A stretch of 40,000 bases of DNA from Mycobacteriales bacterium (GTDB lineage: Bacteria; Actinomycetota; Actinomycetes; BP-191): the NCBI GenBank assembly GCA_035536955.1, contig DATLNF010000009.1:1-40000 (forward strand), in the 5' to 3' direction. Position numbers and translations under genes: made by a program. Shown here piece by piece: positions 32,077 through 40,000 of this stretch. Each line of letters begins with the position of its first letter. Position 1 is the first letter of the stretch. The notes under the pieces were generated by a model. The model was not told the DNA's origin and searched no databases. It saw only the letters and a list, made by a program, of their open reading frames with translations.

Positions 32077-33438
32077 CTACCCCACCGGCTGGACGTCGAG
32101 GATCAGCGCCTCGCCGTCGACGCCCGTCACGGTGACGCGCGTGCCCGCTTCGACCGGACCGTCCCACTCGATGGCCCGCGCGCGCCAGAGCGCGCCCTCG
32201 ACGAGGACGTGGCCCCGCGGGTTCAGCGTGCTGCGCACCTCGCCGACCCGACCGACCAGGGACTGCCCCTGTGCTGCATCCTGCGAGCGCAGGGCGCGAA
32301 GCACGACGGTCATGACGACGACGTAGAACACCCAGGACCCGACGACGCCGAGCGCGATCACCGGCCAGCCGACTCGCAGGCCCGGCCGGTAGCCGTCGAT
32401 GAAGAGGACCGAGCCTGCCGTCAGCGCGGCAGTGCCCCCCCACGTCGGCAGGCCGAGCCCGCCCCGGGCGACGTCCGTCGTCAGGAGCACCAGACCGCCG
32501 AGCAGCAGGCCGAGCCCGAGCGGGGAGATCGGCAGGACCGTGAGCCCGTACGCCGCCAGCGCGAGCAGGACGAGGCCGCTGTAGCCGGCCGGGCCGAACC
32601 CGCGCTGGAACAGCTCGAAGACGACGGCGCCGGCGCCGGTCAGCAGCAGGAGGTAGACCAGCCACGGCGTCGTTCCGAGCGACCGGCGCACCCGGGTGAT
32701 CAGCCCCGGGTTGGCGATGCGCGTGTCGAACGCCTGCGCATCCGAGAACGCCAGCTTGCGGTCGCCGGTCGGCAGCCGCACGGTGCGACCGTCGAGCGAG
32801 CGGATGACGTCGTCGATGGAGTTGACGGTGCCGTCCACGATGCGACCGTCCGGGTCGGCACCGGTGCGCCGCACGAATGTCGCCAGCTCCGCGTCGAGGA
32901 CCGCGCGGTCCGTGAGCTGCCCACCCGGCTCGATCAGCTCCGGGACGAGGACCGACAGCTCACTGGAGACGAGCCGCTCCTCGTCGCTGACGTCTCCGCC
33001 GGGCTGCAGCGGGGTGAAGGACCGGATCCGGGCACCGTTCGCGACGTAGCGGACGTCGCCGGCGAGCCACATCGCGGTGTGCGCCCCGGCCACCGCCTCG
33101 GTGCGACCGAGGATCACCGGGCCGACCCAGGTGGCGACGGGCACGTCGGCATCCCGGATCGCCCTGATCAGCCGCAGGTCGTCGACCTTCACCGAGCCGG
33201 ACCCGATGAGCCGGAGCACCACGGCGGCGTGCTGCTCGCGCTCGGCGAGCTCGATCTGGTCGATGACGTAGTCGGCGTACGACGAGTCGATCCGGCCCTG
33301 CACCTCGATGACGTCGATGACCCTGGTGCGGTCCGCCTCCTGCGCGCTCGCCCCCGGCGCCAGCGTGGCCAGGAGCGCAGCCGCGAGGATCACGCAGCGC
33401 ACGACGAGAGAGCCGCCAGCGCGGCGAGGAGTCCCCAT
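32077..33438 (-). CDS. NfeD-family membrane-bound ClpP-class protease
   Basis: 453 aa with a signal peptide, a ClpP-like N-domain, central TM helices and a C-terminal OB-fold NfeD domain (VGEVRSTLNPRGHVLVEGALWRA). It lies immediately upstream of the SPFH gene, the classical pairing. Confidence 0.9.
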   Translation of the reverse strand: MGTPRRAGGSLVVRCVILAAALLATLAPGASAQEADRTRVIDVIEVQGRIDSSYADYVIDQIELAEREQHAAVVLRLIGSGSVKVDDLRLIRAIRDADVPVATWVGPVILGRTEAVAGAHTAMWLAGDVRYVANGARIRSFTPLQPGGDVSDEERLVSSELSVLVPELIEPGGQLTDRAVLDAELATFVRRTGADPDGRIVDGTVNSIDDVIRSLDGRTVRLPTGDRKLAFSDAQAFDTRIANPGLITRVRRSLGTTPWLVYLLLLTGAGAVVFELFQRGFGPAGYSGLVLLALAAYGLTVLPISPLGLGLLLGGLVLLTTDVARGGLGLPTWGGTAALTAGSVLFIDGYRPGLRVGWPVIALGVVGSWVFYVVVMTVVLRALRSQDAAQGQSLVGRVGEVRSTLNPRGHVLVEGALWRARAIEWDGPVEAGTRVTVTGVDGEALILDVQPVG

Positions 33439-33486
33439 GACGGTTGGTGAGTCTAGGCGGCCCTGCGGCGCGGGTTAGCCTGGGGC

Positions 33487-34467
33487 GTGACCAACTTCGG
33501 CGGCGTGCGACTGCACGTCGTGTCGGGCAAGGGCGGGACCGGCAAGACGACGGTCGCCGCCGCCCTCGCGGTGGCACTCGCCGGGGAGGGTCGGAAGGTC
33601 CTCCTCGTGGAGGTAGAGGCGAGGCAGGGCCTCGCGCCGCTGTTCGGCCATCCGCCCCTGCCACACGCCGAGACCCGGCTGGCGCGGGCGGAGCGCGGCG
33701 GTGAGGTCTACGGCCTGTCGGTGGACCCGGAGCAGGCGCTCATCGAGTACCTCGAGATGTTCTACAAGATGGGCCGGGCGGGCCGGGTGCTGCGGCGGAT
33801 GGGCGCGATCGACTTCGTCACCACCGTCGCCCCAGGACTGCGCGACGTGCTCCTGGTCGGCAAGGTGAAGGAGGCGGTCACGCGGCGCTCCGGCGCGGGG
33901 CACGCGTACGACGCAGTGGTGCTCGACGCGCCGCCGACCGGTCGCATCGTCCGCTTCCTCCGCGCGAACGAGGAGGTCGGCCACATGGCGAAGGTGGGGC
34001 CGATCGCCAGGCAGTCGGAGTCCGTGATGGCGCTCCTGCGGTCGTCGCAGACGGCGGTGCACCTCGTCACGCTGCTCGAGGAGATGCCCGTGCAGGAGAC
34101 CGTCGACGGCGTGGAGGAGATCCGCAAGGCCGGGCTCCCGATGGGAGCGGTCGTCGTCAACAAGGTCCGCGAGTCCCAGCTGGGCACGAGCGATCTCGAC
34201 GCCGCGCTGCACGGGCGGCTCGACCGCCGGCGACTCGGCTCGGCGCTCAAGAAGGTCGGCCTCACGACGGACACCGAGGCGATCGACGTCCTCGTCGTCG
34301 AGGCCCGCGAGCACGCGGAGCGGGTGCTGCTGCAGCAGGCGGAGCGCGCCGAGCTCGAGCAGCTCGGCGTACCTCTCGTCGACCTGCCGCTGGTGCCTCA
34401 CTCGATCGACCTGGGCACGTTGCGACTCCTCGCCGCCGAGCTGGTCGCTGCGGAGCCGGCCACATGA
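33487..34467 (+). CDS. ArsA/Get3-like ATPase (Rv3679-like)
   Basis: GTG start with the deviant Walker A SGKGGTGKTT. It has the ArsA-type architecture and overlaps the next gene by 4 nt. Confidence 0.9.
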   Translation: MTNFGGVRLHVVSGKGGTGKTTVAAALAVALAGEGRKVLLVEVEARQGLAPLFGHPPLPHAETRLARAERGGEVYGLSVDPEQALIEYLEMFYKMGRAGRVLRRMGAIDFVTTVAPGLRDVLLVGKVKEAVTRRSGAGHAYDAVVLDAPPTGRIVRFLRANEEVGHMAKVGPIARQSESVMALLRSSQTAVHLVTLLEEMPVQETVDGVEEIRKAGLPMGAVVVNKVRESQLGTSDLDAALHGRLDRRRLGSALKKVGLTTDTEAIDVLVVEAREHAERVLLQQAERAELEQLGVPLVDLPLVPHSIDLGTLRLLAAELVAAEPAT

Positions 34468-35603
34468 GCCGACCCATGAAGCGGTTCGACCTGGACGCGA
34501 TTCTCGACACCAAGCGGATCGTCGTGTGCTGCGGCTCCGGGGGGGTCGGCAAGACGACGACCGCGGCCGCGCTCGCCCTACGCGCGGCTGAGCGCGGGCG
34601 TCGCGTCGTCGTCGTCACGATCGACCCGGCCCGGCGGCTGGCCCAGTCGCTGGGCCTCGTCGAGCTGGACAACACCCCGCGCCGGGTCGCCTCGGTGGGC
34701 GCCGACGGCGGCGAGCTCCACGCGATGATGCTCGACATGAAGCGCACGTTCGACGACATCGTCGTCGCGCACGCCGATCCGCAGCGAGCCGAGCAGATCC
34801 TGACCAACCCGTTCTACGTCTCGCTGTCGAGCAGCCTCGCCGGCACCCAGGAGTACATGGCGATGGAGAAGCTCGGCCAGCTGCACGCCTCCGGCGAGTG
34901 GGACCTGGTGGTGGTGGACACGCCGCCCACGCGATCCGCCCTCGACTTCCTCGACGCCCCGCAGCGGCTGACCAGCTTCCTCGACGGCCGCTTCATCCGG
35001 ATGATGCTCGCGCCCGCGAAAGCGGGCGGCCGCGCGTACCTCAAGGTGGTCAACGTCGGTGTCCAGGCCTTCACCGGCGTCATCACCCGGATCACCGGCG
35101 CGGGGCTGCTGCACGACCTGCGTGAGTTCTTCGCCGCGTTCGAGTCGCTCTTCGGCGGCTTCCGCGAGCGGGCGCAGCTGACCTACGACCTGCTCAAGGA
35201 CACCGGTACGGCGTTCGTCGTCGTCGCCGCGCCGGACCCGGCGGCGCTGCGCGAGGCGTCGTACTTCGTGGAGCGGCTCTCCGCCGAGCAGATGCCGCTG
35301 GCCGGGATCGTCGTGAACCGCGTCCACCGCAGCGGGGCTCCGCGCCTGACCGCGGAGCGAAGCATCGCGGCGGCCGAGGTCCTCGAGTCACGCGATGCCG
35401 ACGACGTGGCCGCGGGCGTACTGCGACTTCACGCGGACCGCGTCGCGGTTGCGGCCCGGGAGGAGCGCATCGTCGACGCGTTCGGCTCGGGGCTGCCCGG
35501 AGTTCCCATCGCGGAGGTCGAGGCGATGGCGACGGACGTCCACGACCTGGCCGGCCTGCGCCGCATCGGCGCGGAGCTGGGATCGGATCGCCCGGCCGCC
35601 TGA
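34464..35603 (+). CDS. ArsA/Get3-like ATPase (Rv3680-like)
   Basis: It has the P-loop CGSGGVGKTT and VVDTPPT, and is paired with the preceding paralogue as in mycobacteria. Confidence 0.9.
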   Translation: MSRPMKRFDLDAILDTKRIVVCCGSGGVGKTTTAAALALRAAERGRRVVVVTIDPARRLAQSLGLVELDNTPRRVASVGADGGELHAMMLDMKRTFDDIVVAHADPQRAEQILTNPFYVSLSSSLAGTQEYMAMEKLGQLHASGEWDLVVVDTPPTRSALDFLDAPQRLTSFLDGRFIRMMLAPAKAGGRAYLKVVNVGVQAFTGVITRITGAGLLHDLREFFAAFESLFGGFRERAQLTYDLLKDTGTAFVVVAAPDPAALREASYFVERLSAEQMPLAGIVVNRVHRSGAPRLTAERSIAAAEVLESRDADDVAAGVLRLHADRVAVAAREERIVDAFGSGLPGVPIAEVEAMATDVHDLAGLRRIGAELGSDRPAA

Positions 35604-35622
35604 GTGCCCGGCCTGCGACTGG

Positions 35623-35907
35623 TCAGGCAGGCTGCTGCACGTCGCGACGAGCAGCCTCGAGCAGCGCCCGCCACGACTTCACGTTCGGCCGACGTCGGAG
35701 GAGCGCTCGCCGCTCGCGCTCGGTCATCCCGCCCCACACGCCGAACTCGGCACGGCTGTCCAGCGCGTCCGACAGGCACTCGGTCCGCACCGGGCAGCCG
35801 ACGCACACCTGCTTGGCCCGGTTCTGCGCGGCACCGCGAACGAAGAGCTCGTCGGGGTCGGCCGATCGGCAGGACGCCCGGGTGATCCAGTCGGTCACGG
35901 CTTCCAT
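35623..35907 (-). CDS. whiB4: WhiB4-like Fe-S redox-sensing transcription factor
   Basis: It carries CRSADPDELFVRGAAQ...CVGCPVRTEC...EFGVWGGMTERERRALL, closely resembling M. tuberculosis WhiB4. ATG at 35907 has GAGGTG 8 nt upstream. It is divergent from the PBP gene, as Rv3681c is from Rv3682. Confidence 0.9.
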   Translation of the reverse strand: MEAVTDWITRASCRSADPDELFVRGAAQNRAKQVCVGCPVRTECLSDALDSRAEFGVWGGMTERERRALLRRRPNVKSWRALLEAARRDVQQPA

Positions 35908-36137
35908 GTCGACACACCTCGCCGGCTCTCGCAATCAGGTGATTCGCGGGGAATTCGACCGTAGGCAGCGGCGACCGAGGGCGACATGACCCGGTGTGAC
36001 GGTTTCGGCCTGGTCATTTGGGACTAGACCGCGCGGCGTGCGGCCCAGCCCCGCGCATACAGCCGGGAGCTACGCTGGTCGATGACTGACCGGCAGGTGG
36101 GACCGAGCCCGCCGGCGGCAGGCGGAGAGCAGACTGC

Positions 36138-38636
36138 GTGACCACCTACACCGACGAGGGCACCGCCGCGATGCTGCATCGCGGCGTCCTCGTCGTGCTT
36201 GTGTCGGTCCTTGCCGGAGTCCTCACCGCCGGAGCGCTGTTCCCGTTCGTCGGCGGCCTCGGTCTCGCCGCGCGTGCCGGTGCCGAGTCGTTCCTGCAGC
36301 TGCCCGAGGAGCTCCGGGACGGTCCGCTGCCGCAGCGGTCGCGGATCCTGGCCGCCGACGGCAGCACCCTCGCGACGATCTTCTTCAACGAGAACCGGAT
36401 CCTGGTGCCGATCGGGCAGATCCCGCCGCACATGCAGCTCGCGATCCTCGGCATCGAGGACAAGCGCTACTACCAGCACGCCGGGGTCGACCTCAGCGGC
36501 GTCACCCGGGCGTTCGTCAAGAACCAGCAGGCCGGCGAGGTGACGCAGGGCGGGTCGACGATCACCCAGCAGTACGTGAAGAACGTGCTCATCGAGTCGG
36601 CGGTCGACCGCGACGGGGTCCGCAAGGCGACGGAGCGGTCCACCACCCGCAAGCTGCGGGAGGCGAAGTTCGCGCTGGCGCTGGAGCAGCGCTACACCAA
36701 GCGCGAGATCCTCGAGAAGTACCTGAACATCGCCTACTTCGGTCAGGGCGTGTACGGCGTCGGCACCGCGGCCCAGCACTACTTCTCCAAGCGGATCGAC
36801 CAGATCACGGTCGGCGAGGCCGCGCTGCTCGCCGGGATGGTGAAGAACCCCACGCAGTACGACCCGGTGAAGCGCCCGGCGCAAGCGCAGGCGCGCCGCG
36901 ACGTCGTCCTCACCGTGATGCGCCAGGAGCGGTTCATCACTCCCGCCGAGGCCCTGGCCGCAAGCGCCGTACCCGTCGCCAAGATGCTGCGGCCGTCGCG
37001 GCTGCGCAGCGAGTGCGGCATGACGATCGCGCCGTACTTCTGCGCCTACGTCCGCGACGCCCTCGTCGACGACGAGCGGCTCGGCGCGACGGCCGCCGAC
37101 CGCATCGCGCGGGTGTTCCAGGGCGGGCTGACCGTCCGAACCACGCTGGTCCCGTCCCTGCAGGCCATCGCGCAGAAGTCGCTCGACGCCGTGCTCGACC
37201 CCCCGGACCGCAGCCGGGCGGCGGCGACCGCGATCCTCGTCCGGCCGGGGACGGGCGAGGTGCTCGCGCTGGCGAGCAACCAGGTCTACGGGAAAGGACC
37301 TGGCCAGACCGAGGTGAACCACGCGCTCGGCGGGACCCAGGGGATCCAGGCCGGGTCGACGTTCAAGGTGTTCGTGCTGGCGGCTGCGGTGAAGCAGGGG
37401 ATCCCGCTGGCGCTCGCGCTGAACTCACCCGGTCAGATCTGCTCGGCGTTCCGTGACAACGGGCCGAGCGCCTGCCCGGGCGGGCGGTACCGCGTGACCA
37501 ACTACGGCGGTCGCGGATCGCACTTCGGCGTCATCGACCTCGCGAAAGCGACGGCGAGCTCGGTCAACACCTACTACGTCCAGCTCGAGGAGCGCACCGG
37601 GCTGGACCGCCCGCACGGGCTCGCGCAGGCGATGGGGATCCGCAGCTTCGGCTTCCAGCGCAACAAGCACCCGTCGCTGGTGCTCGGCGCGCCTGAGGTC
37701 AGCCCACTGGAGATGGCGGAGGCCTACGCGACCCTGGCCGCGCGCGGCAAGCACTGCCCCGCGACCGGGTACTCGAGCATCACCGACCCCGCGGGCGTCG
37801 AGCTGCTCGTGCAGGCGACGAACCCGTGCCGGCAGGTGCTCGAGCCGGCCGAGGCCGACGCGGTCACGGCGATGCTGCGCGGCGTCATCACCGAGGGCAG
37901 CGGCAAGAGCGCCGACATCGGGCGCCCGGCGGCCGGCAAGACCGGGACGTCGCAGGACAGCGGCAGCGCGTGGTTCATCGGCTACACGCCGCAGCTCGCC
38001 GGCTCGGTCTCGATGGCGCACCCGGACAAGCCGGTGCGGTTCCCGCTCGTGCGCTTCAAGGGCGTCCGCGCAGTGACCGGTGGCTCGTTCCCGGCGCAGA
38101 TCTGGCGGGCGATGATGGGCCCGGCGCACGCCGCGCTGCCGGTCCTCGACTTCGTCCCGCCCGACCCGGCGGCGTACCGCGGCAAGCGCGTGGGCGTTCC
38201 CGACCTGCGCGGGCTGGAGCCGAAGGACGCGCTCGAGACGCTGCGCGGGCTCGGGCTCAAGGGCGCGGTCAGCCGCACCGAGGTGCCGGCGTTCCCGATC
38301 GCGCCCGGCCTGGTGGGCGCCAGCAACCCGGCCGGCGGCGCGGAGGTCCCGGTCGGCGCGACCGTGCTGCTGTTCCTGTCCAACGGCCGGGCGCTGCCGC
38401 CCCCGCCGGTTCCCTCGCCCTCGCCCTCGCCGACGGTGTCCAGCACGGCGTCGCCCAGCCCTGGCGCGACGCGTCCACCGGGCAGTCCGCAGCCCGGCCC
38501 GACCGGGCAGCCGACGCCGTCACCGACGCCGCAGCCGACGCCGACCCCGTCGCCGACACCGACCGGCGAGCCGATGTCGAGCGAGCCGGACCCCTCCCGG
38601 TCGCCGCGCCGCTCGCCGACGGCCGCGCCGGGCTGA
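36138..38636 (+). CDS. Class A penicillin-binding protein (transglycosylase/transpeptidase) with C-terminal PASTA domain and Pro/Thr/Ser-rich tail (PonA2-like)
   Basis: The GT51 motifs are EDKRYYQH and GGSTITQQ. The transpeptidase motifs are STFK, SSVN and KTGT. A PASTA-like segment (VPDLRGLEPKDALETLRGLGLKG) is followed by PSPSPSP...PTPSPTPQPTPTPSPTP. Confidence 0.95.
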   Translation: MTTYTDEGTAAMLHRGVLVVLVSVLAGVLTAGALFPFVGGLGLAARAGAESFLQLPEELRDGPLPQRSRILAADGSTLATIFFNENRILVPIGQIPPHMQLAILGIEDKRYYQHAGVDLSGVTRAFVKNQQAGEVTQGGSTITQQYVKNVLIESAVDRDGVRKATERSTTRKLREAKFALALEQRYTKREILEKYLNIAYFGQGVYGVGTAAQHYFSKRIDQITVGEAALLAGMVKNPTQYDPVKRPAQAQARRDVVLTVMRQERFITPAEALAASAVPVAKMLRPSRLRSECGMTIAPYFCAYVRDALVDDERLGATAADRIARVFQGGLTVRTTLVPSLQAIAQKSLDAVLDPPDRSRAAATAILVRPGTGEVLALASNQVYGKGPGQTEVNHALGGTQGIQAGSTFKVFVLAAAVKQGIPLALALNSPGQICSAFRDNGPSACPGGRYRVTNYGGRGSHFGVIDLAKATASSVNTYYVQLEERTGLDRPHGLAQAMGIRSFGFQRNKHPSLVLGAPEVSPLEMAEAYATLAARGKHCPATGYSSITDPAGVELLVQATNPCRQVLEPAEADAVTAMLRGVITEGSGKSADIGRPAAGKTGTSQDSGSAWFIGYTPQLAGSVSMAHPDKPVRFPLVRFKGVRAVTGGSFPAQIWRAMMGPAHAALPVLDFVPPDPAAYRGKRVGVPDLRGLEPKDALETLRGLGLKGAVSRTEVPAFPIAPGLVGASNPAGGAEVPVGATVLLFLSNGRALPPPPVPSPSPSPTVSSTASPSPGATRPPGSPQPGPTGQPTPSPTPQPTPTPSPTPTGEPMSSEPDPSRSPRRSPTAAPG

Positions 38637-38662
38637 TCGCTGCGCCGGGCCGACCGCTGCGC

Positions 38663-39121
38663 TCAGCCCGCGCCGAGCTGCCGACGCACCTCGGCGGCGA
38701 CCCGGCCGCCCTCTGCCCGGCCGGCCACCCGGGGCGTCACCAGCTTCATCACCGCGCCCATCGCGCCCATCCCTGCGGCGCCCGCCTCGGCGACGGCGGC
38801 GCGCACCAGCTCGGTGAGCTCGGCGTCGCCGAGCTGCGCGGGCAGGTAGTCGTCGAGGACCGCCCCTTCCGCCCGCTCCCGCTCCGCCAGCTCCGGCCGA
38901 TTGCCGAGGTCGAAAGCCTCGGCCGCTTCGCGGCGCTTCTTCGCCTCGCGCGCGAGGACCTTCAGCACCTCGGCGTCGTCGAGCTCGCGCGCCGCGCCGC
39001 CCGCGACCTCGTCGGTCTTCACCGCGGTGAGCACCATCCGCAGGGTCGCGACGCGGAGCTCGTCGCGCGCCTTCATCGCGACGGTCAGATCCGCCTGGAG
39101 CCGGTCCTTCAACGCGCTCAT
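38663..39121 (-). CDS. GatB/YqeY domain protein
   Basis: 152 aa starting MSALKDRLQADLTVAMKARDELRVATLRMVLTAV, a typical YqeY N-terminus. Confidence 0.9.
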   Translation of the reverse strand: MSALKDRLQADLTVAMKARDELRVATLRMVLTAVKTDEVAGGAARELDDAEVLKVLAREAKKRREAAEAFDLGNRPELAERERAEGAVLDDYLPAQLGDAELTELVRAAVAEAGAAGMGAMGAVMKLVTPRVAGRAEGGRVAAEVRRQLGAG

Positions 39122-39180
39122 GGGTGCCTCGCGGCAGGTGGGGGATGATCGGCGTACGCGACCCTAGTGCCGGAGGATCA

Positions 39181-40000
39181 TTGCGCACCGCGCTCGCCGT
39201 ACCCGCTGCGATCGGAACTCTCGGCGTGGCCGTCGTCGGGTACGCCGCGGGGATCGAGCGCAACGCGTTCCACGTCCGAGAGGTCGAGGTGCCGGTGCTC
39301 CCGGCGGGCACCCGAGAGCTGCGGGTGCTGCACGTCTCAGACGTGCACATCACGCCCGACCAGCGGCGGAAGCGGGACTTCGTCGCCGGGCTGGTGTCCC
39401 TCGAGCCGGACCTCGTGGTCGACACCGGCGACAACCTGGGTTCCCGGGACGGCGTGCCGGCGATGCTCTCGGCCCTCGACCCGCTGCTCTCGCTGCCCGG
39501 CGCCTTCGTGCTCGGCTCGAACGACTACTACGCGCCGCGGCCGAAGAACCCGCTGAAGTACTTCTTCCCGGGGCACAAGCGCGTGCACGGCGAGTCGAAC
39601 CCGTGGCCGGAGCTGGTAGCCGGGATGCGGGCGCGAGGGTGGGTGGACCTGACCAACCGGCGCGCCGAGATCGAGGCCGGCGGGCGCCGGATCGCGCTGG
39701 CGGGAGTCGACGACCCGCACCTGCGGCGGGACGACCCATCCGTGGCGGAGGTGCCCGCTGAGCGCACGGCCGACGTCCGGATCGCCGTCGTGCACGCGCC
39801 CGAGCCGCGGGTCCTCGACCGGTTCGCCCGCAGCGGCTACGACCTCATGCTGTGCGGGCACACCCACGGTGGCCAGCTGCGGGTGCCGGGGTTCGGAGCG
39901 CTCGTCACCAACTGCGGCATCGACCGCGCGCGGGCTCGCGGCCTGTCGCGCTACGCCGGGGCCTGGCTGCATGTCTCGCCCGGGCTGGGGACCTCGCCAT
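39181..40000 (+). CDS. Membrane-anchored metallophosphoesterase (Rv3683-like), 3'-truncated by window end
   Basis: Not in the ORF track because it is open at the window end. TTG at 39181 has GGAGGA 3 nt upstream. Motifs are HVSDVH, DTGDN, GSNDYY and CGHTHGGQ. The track ORF 39167..39556 is a different, Arg/Ser-rich frame. Confidence 0.85.
   Translation, partial: MRTALAVPAAIGTLGVAVVGYAAGIERNAFHVREVEVPVLPAGTRELRVLHVSDVHITPDQRRKRDFVAGLVSLEPDLVVDTGDNLGSRDGVPAMLSALDPLLSLPGAFVLGSNDYYAPRPKNPLKYFFPGHKRVHGESNPWPELVAGMRARGWVDLTNRRAEIEAGGRRIALAGVDDPHLRRDDPSVAEVPAERTADVRIAVVHAPEPRVLDRFARSGYDLMLCGHTHGGQLRVPGFGALVTNCGIDRARARGLSRYAGAWLHVSPGLGTSP

Noticed and set aside
31105-33450. 781-aa plus-strand ORF antisense to the SPFH and NfeD genes; likewise 16689..18956 (+) and 36024..37322 (-)
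   Set aside because: All three are antisense to strongly supported genes (SPFH/NfeD, MarP/DedA and the PBP) and have the typical shadow-ORF composition.
39167-39556. 129-aa plus-strand ORF offered by the track at the metallophosphoesterase locus
   Set aside because: It is in the wrong frame, with Ser/Arg/Thr/Cys-rich sequence. The frame starting at TTG 39181 encodes all the metallophosphoesterase motifs and stays open to the window end.

Overview
Very high-GC, densely coding actinobacterial chromosomal segment (GC judged by eye, not computed). I see no prophage, IS element, CRISPR array, rRNA or tRNA. Gene order is largely collinear with the Mycobacterium tuberculosis Rv3654c-Rv3683 neighbourhood. 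In window order it contains: a PhzF-like fragment and DUF72; a cyclase-STAND-TPR gene; a Tad/Flp pilus operon (ssd-like, tadA, tadB, tadC, flp); a 6C-type sRNA; a HAD-IB hydrolase; a structured intergenic region in the Ms1/MTS2823 position; an Rv3662c-like degenerate Fic protein; acs; an EphE-like hydrolase; an nth-tlpA-nudix-(DedA/PAP2)-marP operon; an RsiG-like protein; an ADH; crp; an operon running DUF4177-ridA-nudix-MBL-(second cyclase-STAND-TPR); a WhiB paralogue; NfeD-SPFH-lipoprotein; two ArsA/Get3-like ATPases; whiB4; a PASTA-containing class A PBP; YqeY; and a metallophosphoesterase. Many long ORFs in the six-frame track are Arg/Ala/Pro-rich antisense shadow ORFs typical of high GC and were rejected. 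The observations most worth a second look are listed here. (1) The Tad operon lacks TadE/TadF-like genes, and a codon-atypical cyclase-STAND gene sits directly downstream with Gln/Asn at the substrate-defining positions. (2) A second cyclase is tightly linked to an MBL hydrolase and converges on crp with a 10-bp gap. (3) An RsiG-like protein carries one exact and one degenerate c-di-GMP-binding motif. (4) A 62-bp tandem repeat with nested palindromes lies upstream of a whiB gene. (5) Two conserved-position sRNA candidates are present (6C with three C-loop hairpins, and Ms1-like). (6) There are translational-coupling oddities: a 19-codon bridging mini-ORF and a lipoprotein gene with only a CTG start. 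(7) A DedA-PAP2 fusion has degenerate PAP2 catalytic motifs. No single clearly novel multi-gene system could be proven from sequence alone. All functional claims are motif- or synteny-based and need searches or experiments.
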